Under the pieces are notes generated by a model that was not told the DNA's origin, did no database searches, and saw only the letters and a list, made by a program, of their open reading frames with translations. This document shows, piece by piece, positions 26,838-40,676 of a stretch of 64,000 nucleotides of DNA. Each line of letters opens with the position of its first letter. Position 1 is the first letter of the stretch. Both the position numbers and the translations under genes were made by a program. The stretch is from Podarcis erhardii (lineage: Eukaryota): the NCBI GenBank assembly GCA_964252035.1, contig OZ176209.1. One strand, given 5' to 3'.

Positions 26838-27125
26838 AATCCTATGTGTGCCTACTTAGGAGCAAGCCCCACTGAGTTCAATGTGATTTATTCTGAGGCA
26901 AGTGTGCACAGGATTGCATCATAAAGCCCTAATCAATTCAGTTGGCAATTGTACAATGCTTACCTGGGAAACCCTATCAATTAGATGAACTTACCTCTGA
27001 GTAGACATAGTTAGGACTGTGATGCAGGACTACCTTTGACTAAAGTAAAGCGAATTGCAGCACACTCTTCTCCATTTAACTTTGATGGGAGTTACCCTAT
27101 ATAAGTCATTATAGGATGCCAGCCT
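26838..27125. mobile_element. Cluster of ~90-bp palindromic MITEs (caatcct...gtaag/cttac...aggattg)
   Basis: Three adjacent degenerate copies of the family best seen at 32238-32330. Confidence 0.65.
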
Positions 27126-27484
27126 TAGTCATGGCTCACTTTAGTTGGAGTGAACATCTCAGCATGTAACTTTTCATTCAAAACAAGTTAAGTGTTTTGA
27201 TCAGTTGCATGATCATATTAAACAAATGCACTTGTCTGCTGTGCCACCATGGAAATTACCTACAGCACAGTGCACAGCAGCAATGAATTAGACCATCTAA
27301 TTTACTTGTAACTGCAATTTGAGAATTCAATCCAATCACAAATTTATGCCCTTGCCTTTTCCTATTAGAAAATGAGCTTCAAACTTTGGAAAGGTAGAGC
27401 ATATACCCCAAAGTTTGGGGAGGTGGGATATAAATTATCCCACTCCCATATAAATAAATAAGACCCCAGCTCAGTTTGCTTTCA

Positions 27485-27487
<3 letters not shown>

Positions 27488-27525
<38 letters not shown>
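27488..27525. repeat. (TA)n microsatellite
   Basis: Direct reading. Confidence 0.95.
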
Positions 27526-27528
<3 letters not shown>

Positions 27529-28843
27529 ATGTTGTTGGCAGAAGCAGGCAGCATGCTAGGGTGACTGTACTCATCTGACTCATCCGACTTCTGGTTGGTT
27601 GCCTAACAGCATGTAAAGAGGAAGGGCTGATGTGGCAGCAAGGTCAGTGTGGTGCAAACGCATTGTGTTATTCCCCTATTTGCATTTGCACTGTGCCAAC
27701 CTGGATGCTGAGGTCAAATTAATCTGCAACTGGCAAATAGGGTTTTATTTATTTGTTCCATTTATCAATAGACTTTAGGTCAGGGATAGGGACCACAAGG
27801 CCCTCTGGATGTTGAAAGACTACAACTCCCATCAACCCAGACCACTAGCCATGCTGGATGGGGGCTAAAGGCCACAGACTGGTACTGTTCTCTGCTCTGT
27901 TGAAATGCAAGCATCTCCCCTCACATACCAAAACAGGGCATCATCCTGAGTGCAAAGTAGGTCTTTCGTGTGCGGAAAGAGGTACTTTTAGCAGCTGTAT
28001 TCATATCATGCAGATGCAGTGGCAGAAAGCTTCACCGGTTTGAGCTAAGATTGAACATACATTAGAAGGGTGAAGTCAAGCTACCACCCACAATCTATTT
28101 CTCACAGTATACTGGCAGTTTTCTTGTGGTATTCCAAGTGTACCCCAGCTCAGAGTTGGAAATGGCTAGTGTACACTTACATCCTCATGGCTAGACATCA
28201 AAAGCAAATTTCTCAGTTACATTTATTTGAGGAAGTCTTTTGATGTACCAAATTCAATACCCTTAATGCTAGCTGCTAAGGGACAACAGCATCATGTCTT
28301 GTGCCTGGTTTGGGGGCTTCCCTTAAGCATCTGGTTGGTGTGAAAGAAGATGCAGGTCTAGAGGGACTTTTTGACTGATCTGATAGGACTCGTTCCCCCC
28401 CCCCCCATGCATTTGGACCTTTCCCTTCCCTTTCTACTTCTGAACCCTGTCAATACACAACTCTTATAGATGTGACTAAGAAAGAAAGTGATTTCATTCC
28501 ATTGTTGATCTCCTGCATATATCGTTTTGTTTTTTCACACATTCTATCAATAGAATTTGTTAAAGAGGAATTACTGTCATCTTTTTAAACAGCTGCATGC
28601 TTTTTGTAAATTCCCACTTACAAATTTATTTTCAAGTTGTTTCCCCACCCCCACACACCACAGACCTTCAGGGGAAAAACTTAAGAAGCAGATTGGTCAC
28701 CTGCAACCCAGTTAAACCAAAGAGTTTGGATTTAAGCCAATTTAGTCTCACTTAAGTCATATATCCCATTTCCAGGTGATCATCCAATTGGCTAATTAAG
28801 GACACCTATAATACCACTAAAAAAATCAGCCATGGGTAGTGGG

Positions 28844-29148
28844 CAGTGCCAGATTTACTTATAAGCTAAATAAGCTATAGTTTAGGGCCCCACTCTCTTG
28901 CCCCCCCCCAAATGTCACTATTAATATACTTCTTAATTGTATTTCAGTTCAGCAATTACTTTGATGAAATGCATATTTTGTTATGTGCAAATAGCTTTAG
29001 ATACCTATTAGGTCCATAAATTACCATATAGCATATATTCAACACAAAAAACAGTGGCAATTTGTTGTTGACAAAGAACAGCTGGACATATAAAGGGCCC
29101 CATTACCTTCAGTAGCTTAGGGCCTCATCAAACCTAAATCCAGCCCTG
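28844..29148. mobile_element. MITE with imperfect CAG(T/G)GC(C/T)(A/G)GATTTA termini
   Basis: cagtgccagattta... / ...taaatccagccctg, with gtggg immediately on both flanks. Confidence 0.6.
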
Positions 29149-29179
29149 GTGGGACCTGACTGTGTAGAACAGCAATGAT

Positions 29180-30391
29180 GAACATGTGGCCTTCTAACTG
29201 TTGTTGCCCTCCAACTCCGTAGACAGCTGGATTGAGGCGGATCGGGACTGCTGATTCTTTTAGATTTGTCAGCAGCCTTCAATATGGTCAATCACGAACT
29301 GTTGGACCACTGCCTTGCCGACGTGGGGATTCAGGGTACAGTCCCACAATGGCTGCGCTCCTTTATCTCAGGTCGGGGACAGAGGGTGGTGCTAGGGAAG
29401 AAGTTGTTGCCGTGGCACTCCTTGGTGTGTGGAGTCCCACAGGGCAATATTTCCCCCTGATGCTTTTCAATATCTTTATGCACCCCCTTGCCCAGGTTGT
29501 CCAGAGTTTTGGGCTGGGTTGTCATCAATATGCTGATGACACCCAGCTTTATCTGTTGATGGACGGCCGCCCTGACTCGGCCCTGGACACACTGACCAGA
29601 TGCTAGGAAGCTGTGGCTGGATGGCTGCTCGGGAGCCGGTTGAAGTTAAATCCTTCGAAGACAAAGATCCTCTGGCTGGGTTGGGATGACATGGGGTTAG
29701 GGGGCCAACTCCCATCTCTTGCAGGGGCTCAATTAGTGCCAGCGCCTTCTGTCAAGTGCTTGGGTGTAACCTTCGATGCCTCCCTTTCCATGGAGGCGCA
29801 GGTTGCAGCCACAGCAAAGGTGGCATTTTCCCATCTCTGCCGTATCATGCAGAGTTGGTCTCTTACCTTTCTGGTCCTGATCTGGCCACAGTGATCCATC
29901 CAACGGTCACCTCCAGGCTTGATTATTGTAACTTGCTCTATGCGGGGCTGCCCTTGAAGCTGACCCAGAAACTCCAGCAGGTGCAGAATGCTGCGGGACC
30001 ACATTCATCCACAAATAACAACACTTTGGAGGTCCCGAGACGCAAGGTGGTTAGATTGGTCTCAACTAGGGCCAGGGCCTTTTCAGTACTGGCCCTGACT
30101 TGGTGGAACGCTCTGTCACAAGAAACCAGGACCCTGTGGGATTTGACATCTTTCCGCAGGGCCTGCAAGATGGAGCCGTTCCTCCTGGCCCATCAGTCTG
30201 ACCCTTATGTTTTCCCTCCCCTTGTGGTTTTGATTTATGGGCTACTACTAAAATGAGGCTGCATTTTAAATTGTAATTTAACTCGTATTTTAATTAACTG
30301 TTTTTTGTTTTTCTTTTACGTTTTATTGTAATTTTATTGGTGTTAGCCGTCCTGAGCCTGGTTCTGGCTGGGGAGGGCGGGGTATAAATAA

Positions 30392-30430
<39 letters not shown>
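29180..30430 (+). mobile_element. L2-clade LINE, 5'-truncated (RT domain to 3' end) with (AAT)n tail
   Basis: Frameshifted motifs LLDLSAAFNMVNH, CGVPQG, CHQYADDTQLY, RLKLNPSKT, TSRLDYCN, TWWNAL. Ends ggagggcggggtataaataaaataataat. Confidence 0.92.
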
Positions 30431-30431
<1 letters not shown>

Positions 30432-30459
30432 TCCAGCCAGCATAGCCAATGGTGAAGGA

Positions 30460-30634
30460 CAGTGCTTTTTTCTGAGGGGATGCAGGGGTACACATACCCC
30501 TAAACGTTTTGTGAATCTTTGTACTTTGGTCCATTTACTGTATTTATTTTTCCTGATTTCAACTCTAAAATGGTGGTTTTCTTGAGTCAAAATGAGAGTC
30601 CCCCTAGACATTTTTTAAAGAAAAAAAAGCACTG
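30460..30634. mobile_element. hAT-superfamily MITE (175 bp) with perfect 8-bp TSD
   Basis: CAGTGCTTTTTT...AAAAAAGCACTG termini. gtgaagga at 30452-30459 and 30635-30642. Confidence 0.92.
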
Positions 30635-32237
30635 GTGAAGGATGATTGGAGTTAAAGTCCAATAACATTTAGAGAATCACAAGATCCCTGTCTATGGCAC
30701 AGGTAAAACCATGTCTGGAAGAAGTGATAAATGAACATGCCGACATGGCTTGACTATAAGTACTCTGTTGTACATTGATTGTAGCCTTCCTGCATCAAGC
30801 ATGAGGATCGGACAGTAGCTTCAGCAGCAGCACGTCAGAAAACTCAACGTTTTGCTGACGTTATAACAGTTATGCTAGAAGTTTGCAGTCATATCCTTGT
30901 AAGTACCAATGCAGCTGGCAAATATCTGCCCCCCCCGCCCCCAGCAGGTGAAAAGCACCAGGAAGAAAACTCAGCAACATACTATCACAGTTAGTGGCAT
31001 AAACGGTGCCAAGTCCCAATGTCCTGATCTAATCAAGAGACATATTTTCTGTAAAATCAAAGTATCTAGCAAGTGAGAACATTTCAGCCTGATGTAATTT
31101 TAATGGCTGAGATATTACATCTCCCTCTCCTCTAACACTTTGTGACCTAATAAAAGATCGAGACCATTGCTGCAATTATTCTTCAAGAAATGGGACTAAA
31201 TTTTTGATAATTTTTCAGTGCCACTGTTCATCACTGATATAATTAAGTCGACTCCTTTCCCAAAGGCTGAGCTTCAGCAAGGATTCTGCTGTACCAATAC
31301 ATTAAATTCAGAGTCATTAAATCAGAACTTATTAGAGTGTTTCTCGGGTTGAATGTTCACCCCTTCCCACTCTTCTTACATGGGGTGGAGGAAATGGCAG
31401 CAGAAAATTATAAGGAGACACAGGAGGATTGCTGCAGACTGATAAATTGCAGCAGTGAAAGTTGTGATGGGAAGATGCTTCAAGAAATAATGGACCAAAT
31501 ATTTTCCAGATACAGCAACATATTTCCAGAAGTCAGTTTAATGCAGTTCAGGGTTGCAGAGGAACTGCCCGTGGAATCCTACTCATGCTTACTCAGAAGT
31601 AAACAACAGTGAGTTCAGTCAGGCTTACTTCTATTTAAGAAGGCAGAGAAATGCTGTCTAAAAGTGCAAATGTGATATATATATATATATAAACAGCACA
31701 AGATATGAAGCACACTGTAATTGAATAAGATTGTGATCTTTTTAAAGCCAATAGGAAACAGATTTTTTTCTTCTTATGTTGAGCAGTTTTGGTAACTTTG
31801 ATTTTATGCAAAAATGAAAGAAAAATGTGTACATTATTTTCTGTGCATATCAAAACTTGAGCTTTCTAATACCTTCAGGCTTAGTATATATAGAAAATTG
31901 AGGGTGGGATTTGAAATATAATCCTGCAAAAGAAAGAAATCAATTTGGTTCAGCCTCTTGATGTGTGTCAAAGCTATGTATAAATCTCAGCTGAGGAGCC
32001 AGAGCTGTCAGGAGACTAAATATACCAGAGCTTTAGACTAGGTGTGTCCAAAGAGCAAAATAAACCTACCGCAAGTGACAATCCAGAACAGTCATGAGAC
32101 ACAACATAGATAAGGAGGACATAGAAGGAAGAAATAAAAATTAAAACATCCACACACAAAAACATTAGTCAAACCATGGAGAAATGACCATTTACATAGA
32201 TTGTACATTTGCTGTTCAACACCTTTACATAATTCAG

Positions 32238-32600
32238 ATTGCAATCCTATGCACAATTTACCTGGGAGTAAGTTCCATTGAATTCAACAGGACTTACTTC
32301 TGAGTAAACATGCTTAGGATTGTGCTGTGAGACCTATGATCATCCACCCTTTACTTAAGTACAGTAGTTATTCCCCTAGATACTGATAATATTTTCTATA
32401 CACATAAAAGTTTTAGGTTACAATCCTACACATTCTTACCCAGGAGTAAACTCTTCTAAACACAGCGGGACTTACTTCCAAGTAAGAATGTACAGAACTG
32501 CATCATCAGGCTATAATCCTATGCACATAAACAGGAGTAATCCCTATTGGACCAAGAGGGACTAACTCCTGAATAAACACATATAGGATTACGCTGTTGC
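32238..32600. mobile_element. Three ~90-bp palindromic MITEs within 360 bp
   Basis: caatcctatgcac...gggagtaagttccattgaattcaacaggacttacttc...taggattg, with diverged copies at about 32417 and 32510. Confidence 0.75.
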
Positions 32601-33605
32601 AGACCACAAACCACTTACACCAGAATCCTTGAAAGTACAAAAGCTTACATTTTGATCCTAAATACATTTACAGTACTAAGAAGCCTCACTGATTTTAATT
32701 AAGACAGTTGTCAAGGACCCTTGCTCTGGAACTGAGACTACAACTGCAAGAGAACGATATTGTTACAAGTTAAGAGCACTTCCTGCCTGCGTTCATCTCA
32801 TTTTTAAAAAAAAAACTAGTCTAATACATGTATTTATTTCTTTAAAATTAGCATGATTTCTTTAACATTAACAATGTGCAAGACATTCTGTAAAACGCAA
32901 GTGATATGATCTCTGTCAGAGAGGTAATACAGATGGGATAATGGTGAGCTGTCAGGTATGATTCCATAAAAGCAAACAGGGGTGTGTGGATTGCAGGAAG
33001 ATTAATTAGCTCCATATGCTGTAAAGTGGAATCTATAGCAGGAACATCCAACATGGTTCTTTCTACAATTGATCTTAGCCATGGTTCTCTATGCACTTGA
33101 TCTCTAGCTGCTGTTGGACTACAAGGCCCATCAACCCCTACTAGCATGACTATACATCAAGGATGATGGGAGTTGCAGTCCAACAAGATCTGGAAGGCAC
33201 CTTGTTAGCTACTTCTGACCTATAAAAATAGGAATGATTTCCTGGCAGAATAAATTTAGCGGCGTGAAGGCAGGAAAGGGAAAAGAGAACAAAACTATTC
33301 ACTAAGGGCCAGTCCTACCAATCAGCAGAGCAAGGCTGCTGTCTCAGGCAGCTGATTTTGAGTGTCACAAAGGGGCAGCAAACCATTGGTTATTTAGTGT
33401 GTAATTACTGTGTTTTTCACGGTCATAGATAGTGGGAGGTGCTTGTGGGATTTTCTACCTCAGCTGCCAATATTTGTTGACCAAACTTGGGTACTATGCA
33501 CACCTTGACAGGTGGGGGGGGCAGTGGGGTGGAGGGTAGGAGCAGATATTTGCTGCTCTGCCACAAAAAGGAAAATGTCTTAGGCCAGTCCTGACTAGAT
33601 CAGAT

Positions 33606-33765
33606 CAGTGGCGTAGCGTGGGGGGTGCAGGGGGGGGGGCGGCCGCACCGGGCGCAACTTCTGGGGTTAGGGCAAATCCACGGGTTAGGGGGCGCAAATC
33701 CACGGGTTAGGGGGCGCAAATCACTTGCCTTGCCCCGGGTGCTGACAACCCACGCTACGCCACTG
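33606..33765. mobile_element. Young GC-rich hAT MITE with perfect 8-bp TSD
   Basis: 17-bp perfect TIR CAGTGGCGTAGCGTGGG. gatcagat at 33598-33605 and 33766-33773. Internal 22-bp direct repeat gcaaatccacgggttagggggc. Confidence 0.93.
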
Positions 33766-36700
33766 GATCAGATAGCATGGATTAGTGAAGAAGAGTAAGA
33801 AAAGGTAAAATATGAATTCAGAATAATGGATGTCTATAACTCTAAAGACTAGGTGTTTGTGGTAATTGCAGAAAATTGGGGAGGGAGGAGATTATGAAAT
33901 GGGTCCTTTTGAATAAGGTCATTGTCTGTCATAGCACTTCTTGGAGTTGCAGCAACTGCTGGTGCTATCTGTTGTTCTGCTGCCACACTCCCACATGCTC
34001 ATGTGAGACCTAAAACGACACACAGAGCACAATGCGGTTTGACATTTTGCAGGCTGTTCTGCGCCCTGAAAAGCCTACTCTTGCTGCAGAGTGCAAAAAG
34101 CTGGTCTGCACTGAACTCTCCTGGACTGTCAGATATGACGTAAACACCTCAGCATGTCGCAGTGAGGGAGGTCAGGACGTAATGGTGGTTCCTTTGGCAG
34201 AGAGGATTATGAAAAAAGTTGAAGGTCTATCAACAGTTTGCTCACATGGGCCTTGCAGCCCCTCTTATTTTAATTATGAGCTTCCAGGCTAGAAAACTGC
34301 ATTATTATTATTTTTCGGTACACTGTTCTTGATGCAAATTCGAACCTTTGGATAATGAAGGTTACTACTCTGAATATATAGGGTGCATAAAATGAAGAGC
34401 ATGTAATTATATATGTTAATAAATCTGTGTGTACCATCAACTTAAACTTGGTCACTTAGGATACATCACAGAAGAAGACTAGAGTTGCAATTCTACATCC
34501 ACTTACCTGAGATTAAGCTCCAATGAATTAAATGGGACTTACTTCTAATTAAACATGTATAGAATTTCAATGAAAGCTTATGCATATAGACAAAAGGGGA
34601 AAACAATTTGTGAATAATAATTCTAGTGATTTGAAATTTGGATAATGAGACAAATTTTCTCCTGTCCAATAAGAAGTGCTGAGCAAGTGCTGGCACGTCC
34701 ATAAAGTTGGAAAGAGCTGAAAAAAACTACTCAGCTGATTCCCAACAAAATCAGCACTAACTACAGCAGGATTAAATGGCTGTTGGTTATTCTCTTGCAG
34801 AACCAGTGTATGCTGCATGTGTAATAGCTCCTTCTAAGTGCATAAAAGCATAAAAGTTACATTTAGTAACTTTAAAATGGGTGTTTCTGGTGTTCCAGAA
34901 GGCATTCAAGCTTTGTGAATATAACTAAATTCTGTTTAAAAAGTAAAACAAATACACCTGATGTTTGAAATACTGTATCTTACATTTAGGGTTTAGCCTG
35001 CCACAACTTGAACTGTTAATGTTTCTAGTATCAACCCAAAGGTGCACCATTATCTTTGTGGGATATGTGTGTGGGGAACATGGTAGAAAACATACAGCCC
35101 ATGGAGTTTATTAATGAGACCTTGGGAGATGCGGGACTTCTAAAACATGTTGTTATTAATTTTCGTGTCTGCAAACATAACACTATACAGCCTGGTTCAG
35201 AATTATGGTTTAGAAATGAAAACTTTAGTTTAGAAGAGCAACAATGAGCCGCAGTGAGCATTGAGCTTGTGTAGCCCACCTTCCTTCTCTTTCTCCTTCA
35301 CATGCTGGACAAAATGAAAATGCCTGCTTGCATTTTGGAACAAACCAGAGTTCTGCAATACTACGAAACACAGGAAACTGCTGTTTGCTTTACTAACTGG
35401 AGTTGAACCACGGCTACAGATTTCATTGTATTAAGTAATTTTAGCCCAAGTTCAATTCATATTATACTTAATTTATTGTGTAATGTGGAACCGTAGCTTC
35501 TATTAAAGTAAAAGCTGGAACCATGCCTCTCCCCCACTTGATGGTGTATGATGGGGAACATACCTGAAATTTATGGCAATTCTATAATTATATCTTCTAA
35601 ACACTATACCTCAGCCTTTGCCATCCTGGTGGATGTTTGGGACTAGAACTTCCAACAGTCCCAGCCATGGGAGTTGTCCTAAACATCTGGAAGGTACCAG
35701 GTTGTTGAAGGCTGCTTCAACAACTTTACATAACAAATTTTTAATCTCTCTTTTAAATTACTGATAGCATCCATTGTGTAAAATAACTGAAAGCAGTTTT
35801 CTTCAGCCTCTAAGGATTTACCTTTTGTCCTGCTCTTTGCAGGAACAGGTCCACACTTTAATGCTCTGTGTCTGAGTGCTTTTTCTTTTGCCCCAGAGCT
35901 TTCCCCACGAAAACCCACTCTTTAAAACTGAAGCACAAGAAACAGCAATTTGGGGTTTTACGCGAATTCCCCATTTGTTCTTATTTAACTTTAAGAAAGG
36001 GGGAGGAGAGCATTTGGACAGAGAGTTTTAAAGTGTGGACTGTGGGAAGTGTGGAGGAAAGGTAAGTGTGGATAATCCCTAAGATTTATTTATTTCTTGC
36101 ATTTAACAAGGAATTAGAAACAGACTTTAGACTTCTGGCTTCAGTGGAAGAGGCTTCTACCAAGTTCTGTATGAATATACTAAAACATACTCATATATTT
36201 GAATATTTTAACAGTGCTATTATCACTTTTTTGGTCATTTATCCAGGCCAGAACAAATATAATGAAGAACACTTAATATATAATAGAATCACAAGGAAAA
36301 TATTACATAATAATACAGAACAAATTTCACAAAAAAGATAACAAAATGTACACACAATTTATCCTACAAAGAAATGACAGATTGTTACCATTAGTATAAT
36401 TATCAATGCATAAAGAGACTTTTCTACGGATCTTATAGTAGAGCAGTTTCAAGTTATTTCTGTCTTCAAGTGGAAAGGTTTGATCACAACTGCCATAGTA
36501 AATTCAGCAATTAAGAAGGAGCAAATCACAATTAGCATGTAAATGAGAAACAAAATCCTTTGCTGAAATGAAATTACCTGCTAAATCATGCTTTTGGAAT
36601 GAAACTTACTGATTAAAGTTATTCTAGAATTTTAACTTATTCCGTGCCATGCCAAGGTAGTTTTGCAGTTATTCTGTGAGATAATGAATGGCAGCAACAC

Positions 36701-38485
36701 AATCTAGCCAGCAGGGGTCAGGGAGGAACTAAATCTAGAAGAGTTATAGAATTGCCACCTTCCAATGTAACTTTCTCCCCCTTTCTAGGTAATATCTGGT
36801 ATAACACAATCTAAGTTTTCCCAAACTCTGCTTCACACTGATGACTAGTACCACTGGGGCTTGGAAAACAGTGCATTATTGCATTATACTATATTGGGGT
36901 AGACAAGGAGGTACCCCCCTTTCTTTAATTTCTATTCCATTCTTCCCCTTCCTCTTCCCATGGCCCTGGCCCTGCCCCAGCCCCCTTCTTTCATTTCCCC
37001 ACCACCATAACTCTCCCTCAGAACACCCTTTTGCTAACTTTCTGGAAGAGGTTATATTTTGTAGAGAATGATTTGAGCAGACCCAAGCCACTTCTCCTTG
37101 CCAATTAACATCAGGAATTTTCCTTACTTCAGTGTCCTAGCCCAAATATAAAGGGAAGGACAACCTACAGAAGGTTTGGATGGAATTGTCTACATTTCCC
37201 CACCCCCCAGGTGAATCTTCTCACCGCATATGCTGTGAATAATATTTCCTCTCTAAGAAGCAGAACCAGCCACTTCAGAGACCACCATGAGTGGAACTTA
37301 TCCGTAACCTATACAGTCTTGCTTATGGGCAGCTCCTTTATCCAAAAACACCTTGATATCTGTTTATCCTACATATCAATATTGGAGGCAAGCTACTACA
37401 CATATCATCTTCTTTTTGCATCAGATAATGTATGTAATCCTAATTTGAGTGAGTAGTAATTTTTACTAATTGAATTCCAGTTCAGAGAATTCAATGCATC
37501 AAAAAAGAGAGAAGAAACCACTCCCTGTGATCTGGAAGGCCCGCTCTGTCATTATGCAATTGATTCTGTGTAAGAAAAGGGCAGTCCCAATAAAGGCATG
37601 GCAGGAAAGATTAAAATTCCAGGATATCAACATCGCTCCTGAAACAGATTCTGCAATGTAAGTGTTGCTTCACATGTTAAGATTCTTTCCTTTTAAGACC
37701 CATAAGATACACCTGTTAAACCTGTGGTATTTGGAATACATACAAACCCACCTTATATTATCTTTTGGAAATAAATTGAAGTGGTTTACCCCAAACATTC
37801 TGTGAATTGTAATTTCGTAAAGATGGCAAGAATTCCCTTGCCAAAGATTAATAGCTCATTCATTGTATCAAAGTGCTTTGGTGGATAACTGTGGCCATAC
37901 AAGAGTTGTCTCTTTACTGTAGGTGGACATTAAGAGTCAGCAAAGAGTGCCAAGAACTATCAATGTAATCCTAATGCATGTTTACTAGGTACTAAGCCCC
38001 ACTTAATTCAATGGCTCTTACTTCTGAGTCAACATGCATTTGATTAGGCTGTAGGAGAATAATCTTGTTTAATGAGGAATACCAATGCACATTCATTAAT
38101 ATCCTATTTTAGATGTTCAGGAGTTCAGCACTGGGGAAAAAAAAAGATTCTGGGCTGTATCCTGAAGACCTCAAACTCCAATAAATGCCACATGCTCATG
38201 TGAATTTGCTAGAGAATATGTTCCACTAAAACCAGTGGAATATTCTTCAAAGCATTTCCTTGTTATTTGATACGAGAATTATGCTAACCCAGGCTTTAGC
38301 AACCTAGTGTTCCCCAGATGTTCTGGAGTGCAACTCCTATTAGGGCTGATGGTCCAAGGCATTTGGGGGACCCCAGGTTAGCAAGGCCTGTGCTAATCAT
38401 TTTCCAATACACAATACTGCTGTCAGGCCACTGATGGTCTAATATTCAAACACTTTCACTCAGGTTTTAAATGAAACATTGCTCA

Positions 38486-38731
<246 letters not shown>

Positions 38732-40676
38732 TCACACTGTTAGTAAAAGATTAAGAGAAAAGGAACAAAGCAAATAGAGTCTGCCTTTAGAAAATATATC
38801 TAAAAAACAATTGCATCTCCTAAACAAAAGAACTCCAGATTTCGTATGCTTCTCTTTTATACTTCACCTCATGCAAATAAAGTTTATATAACAAAAATAT
38901 GAATTATCTACACAAACCAGTAGGAGACTGCTGTGGATAAACAATTGCTTTTCTATAGTTTGCCAGGTCCCCTGGGCTTCTAACTATGCTTGTTGTGTTG
39001 AGGGAATTATTCATTGCTGGCTTTAAAATCACCCCTTGAACCCACCTTGCATTATGACCTGGTAAATCAAGCTAGCTTCGAGTCAGCAGGAGCTGGCTGG
39101 GTACTTGTCTCATCCAGAGCTTCAGAAAACAAGTGCATGTGTTCAACACAGCCAGATATAATGAGCAACATTTCTCCACTTGCTGCTGCCTTTTCTTGAC
39201 AGTGACTCAGATGCAGGTCAAAGTCGTCAGCGAACACTAGCCAAGGGCGATGATTACCCAATTCAAAGAGATCTATGTTGTTAGCATTCATATCTTCCCG
39301 ATGCTCTTCATGTTTTAATGCTAAACACACACATGTGCTTGTGCACGTGCACAAGTCTACTTCAATAAATCAGAAAATCCTAAGCATTCAGTTTATCCAT
39401 TCAAAATGGATATCCGGGCAGCCACTGCTATAACACAAAACAACATTCACAGCAACCATGATGAAAAAGTTCATTTGATTTCAGCAAGGATCAGAATCAA
39501 AACCAGTGAAGATCCTGTGATGAAAAAGTCAATTATATAACTAAACTTTGGTGTGATCACTATAATAACCTTTTCTATATGGCGATTAAAATTTCATTAA
39601 AATCTTGTAAAACAGGATTTAAGAAAAGCAGCCGTGTTTGCTTCCAGAGATGTACCCAGCCCATCAGATCTGCGATATATTCTGCCAAACAACTTACACA
39701 GAAGTCTCTACGATTATGTTTCACAAAACGGAAGGGTGAATAGAGCCTGACAGGTGGTGCCAGTGAATTACAAAAAGAAAATGGAGCGGATAGTGAAAAC
39801 GAATGACAATTAACTGTTTAAAGTAATGAAGTGAAGATGAACTGAATGCATGAATCCATGATAACAAGAAGCTGTATCAAAAAAATAAATAAAAATGGCA
39901 CAGCCACCCACACTAATTTCTAACATGAGAGGTCCTGGGATTCAGGCTTGTTCAAACATCATACCTATAAGATTGTAGACTTTGGCTGTGTCTTTCCTTC
40001 AGACAACCTAAGGCTAATGAATCCTAGAATTGAAAAGAAATTCTGGGGCTCAGGCTTGCATCAGATTAAATCTAGTTATTGATGCAGTATATTTTCATTT
40101 GTCTGTTTCTTGATGAATCCATCCTTCTATCATTTGATGACAGAGAAGACTTTTATGGAACACTAGTTATCTGTCCATCTTCCTATTTTGGGGGAATTCA
40201 AGATGGCTGTTTCAGTAATACTACACAAGAAATGGGTGGGGATAAGGCCTCTCCTCATCCAAGAGGGGAAGTGTTGTGGGCGGGATGCGATTTCTGCGTC
40301 ATGCAGGGGGCATTACGCCCCCTCCCCTACTCACCTGGCTGGCACACCACGCTCACAGGTAAGTGCCCAACCGGGCGGCTTGGAGGGGGCGTGGTTTGCA
40401 GTTTAACTTACTGCTGTGCCAGCCATTCCGCCTCATTTTCTGCCTTCCCATCACGAGTCATAAATTCTTCCCATCTTCCCATCACGAGTCATAAATAAAA
40501 ATGAGGGATAAATTGGTGTAGATGCAGATTATGGCTGTCAGGTGTGCTGACATATTTTTCACAGATATTTTTCAAAGTTGGGAAGAGCCCATATGACAAA
40601 GAAGGCTTACCATATAATTTTTTTCCCCTTAAACCTAATGTTTCCCATGTTTTTTGCTTAAACCTAATGTTTCCCA

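Noticed and set aside
30808-30830. REST/RE1 silencer site
   Set aside because: GGACAG and TTCAGCA half-site-like words occur in reversed order with mismatches. I saw no canonical 21-bp RE1 here or at 19700-19725 or 38120-38140.
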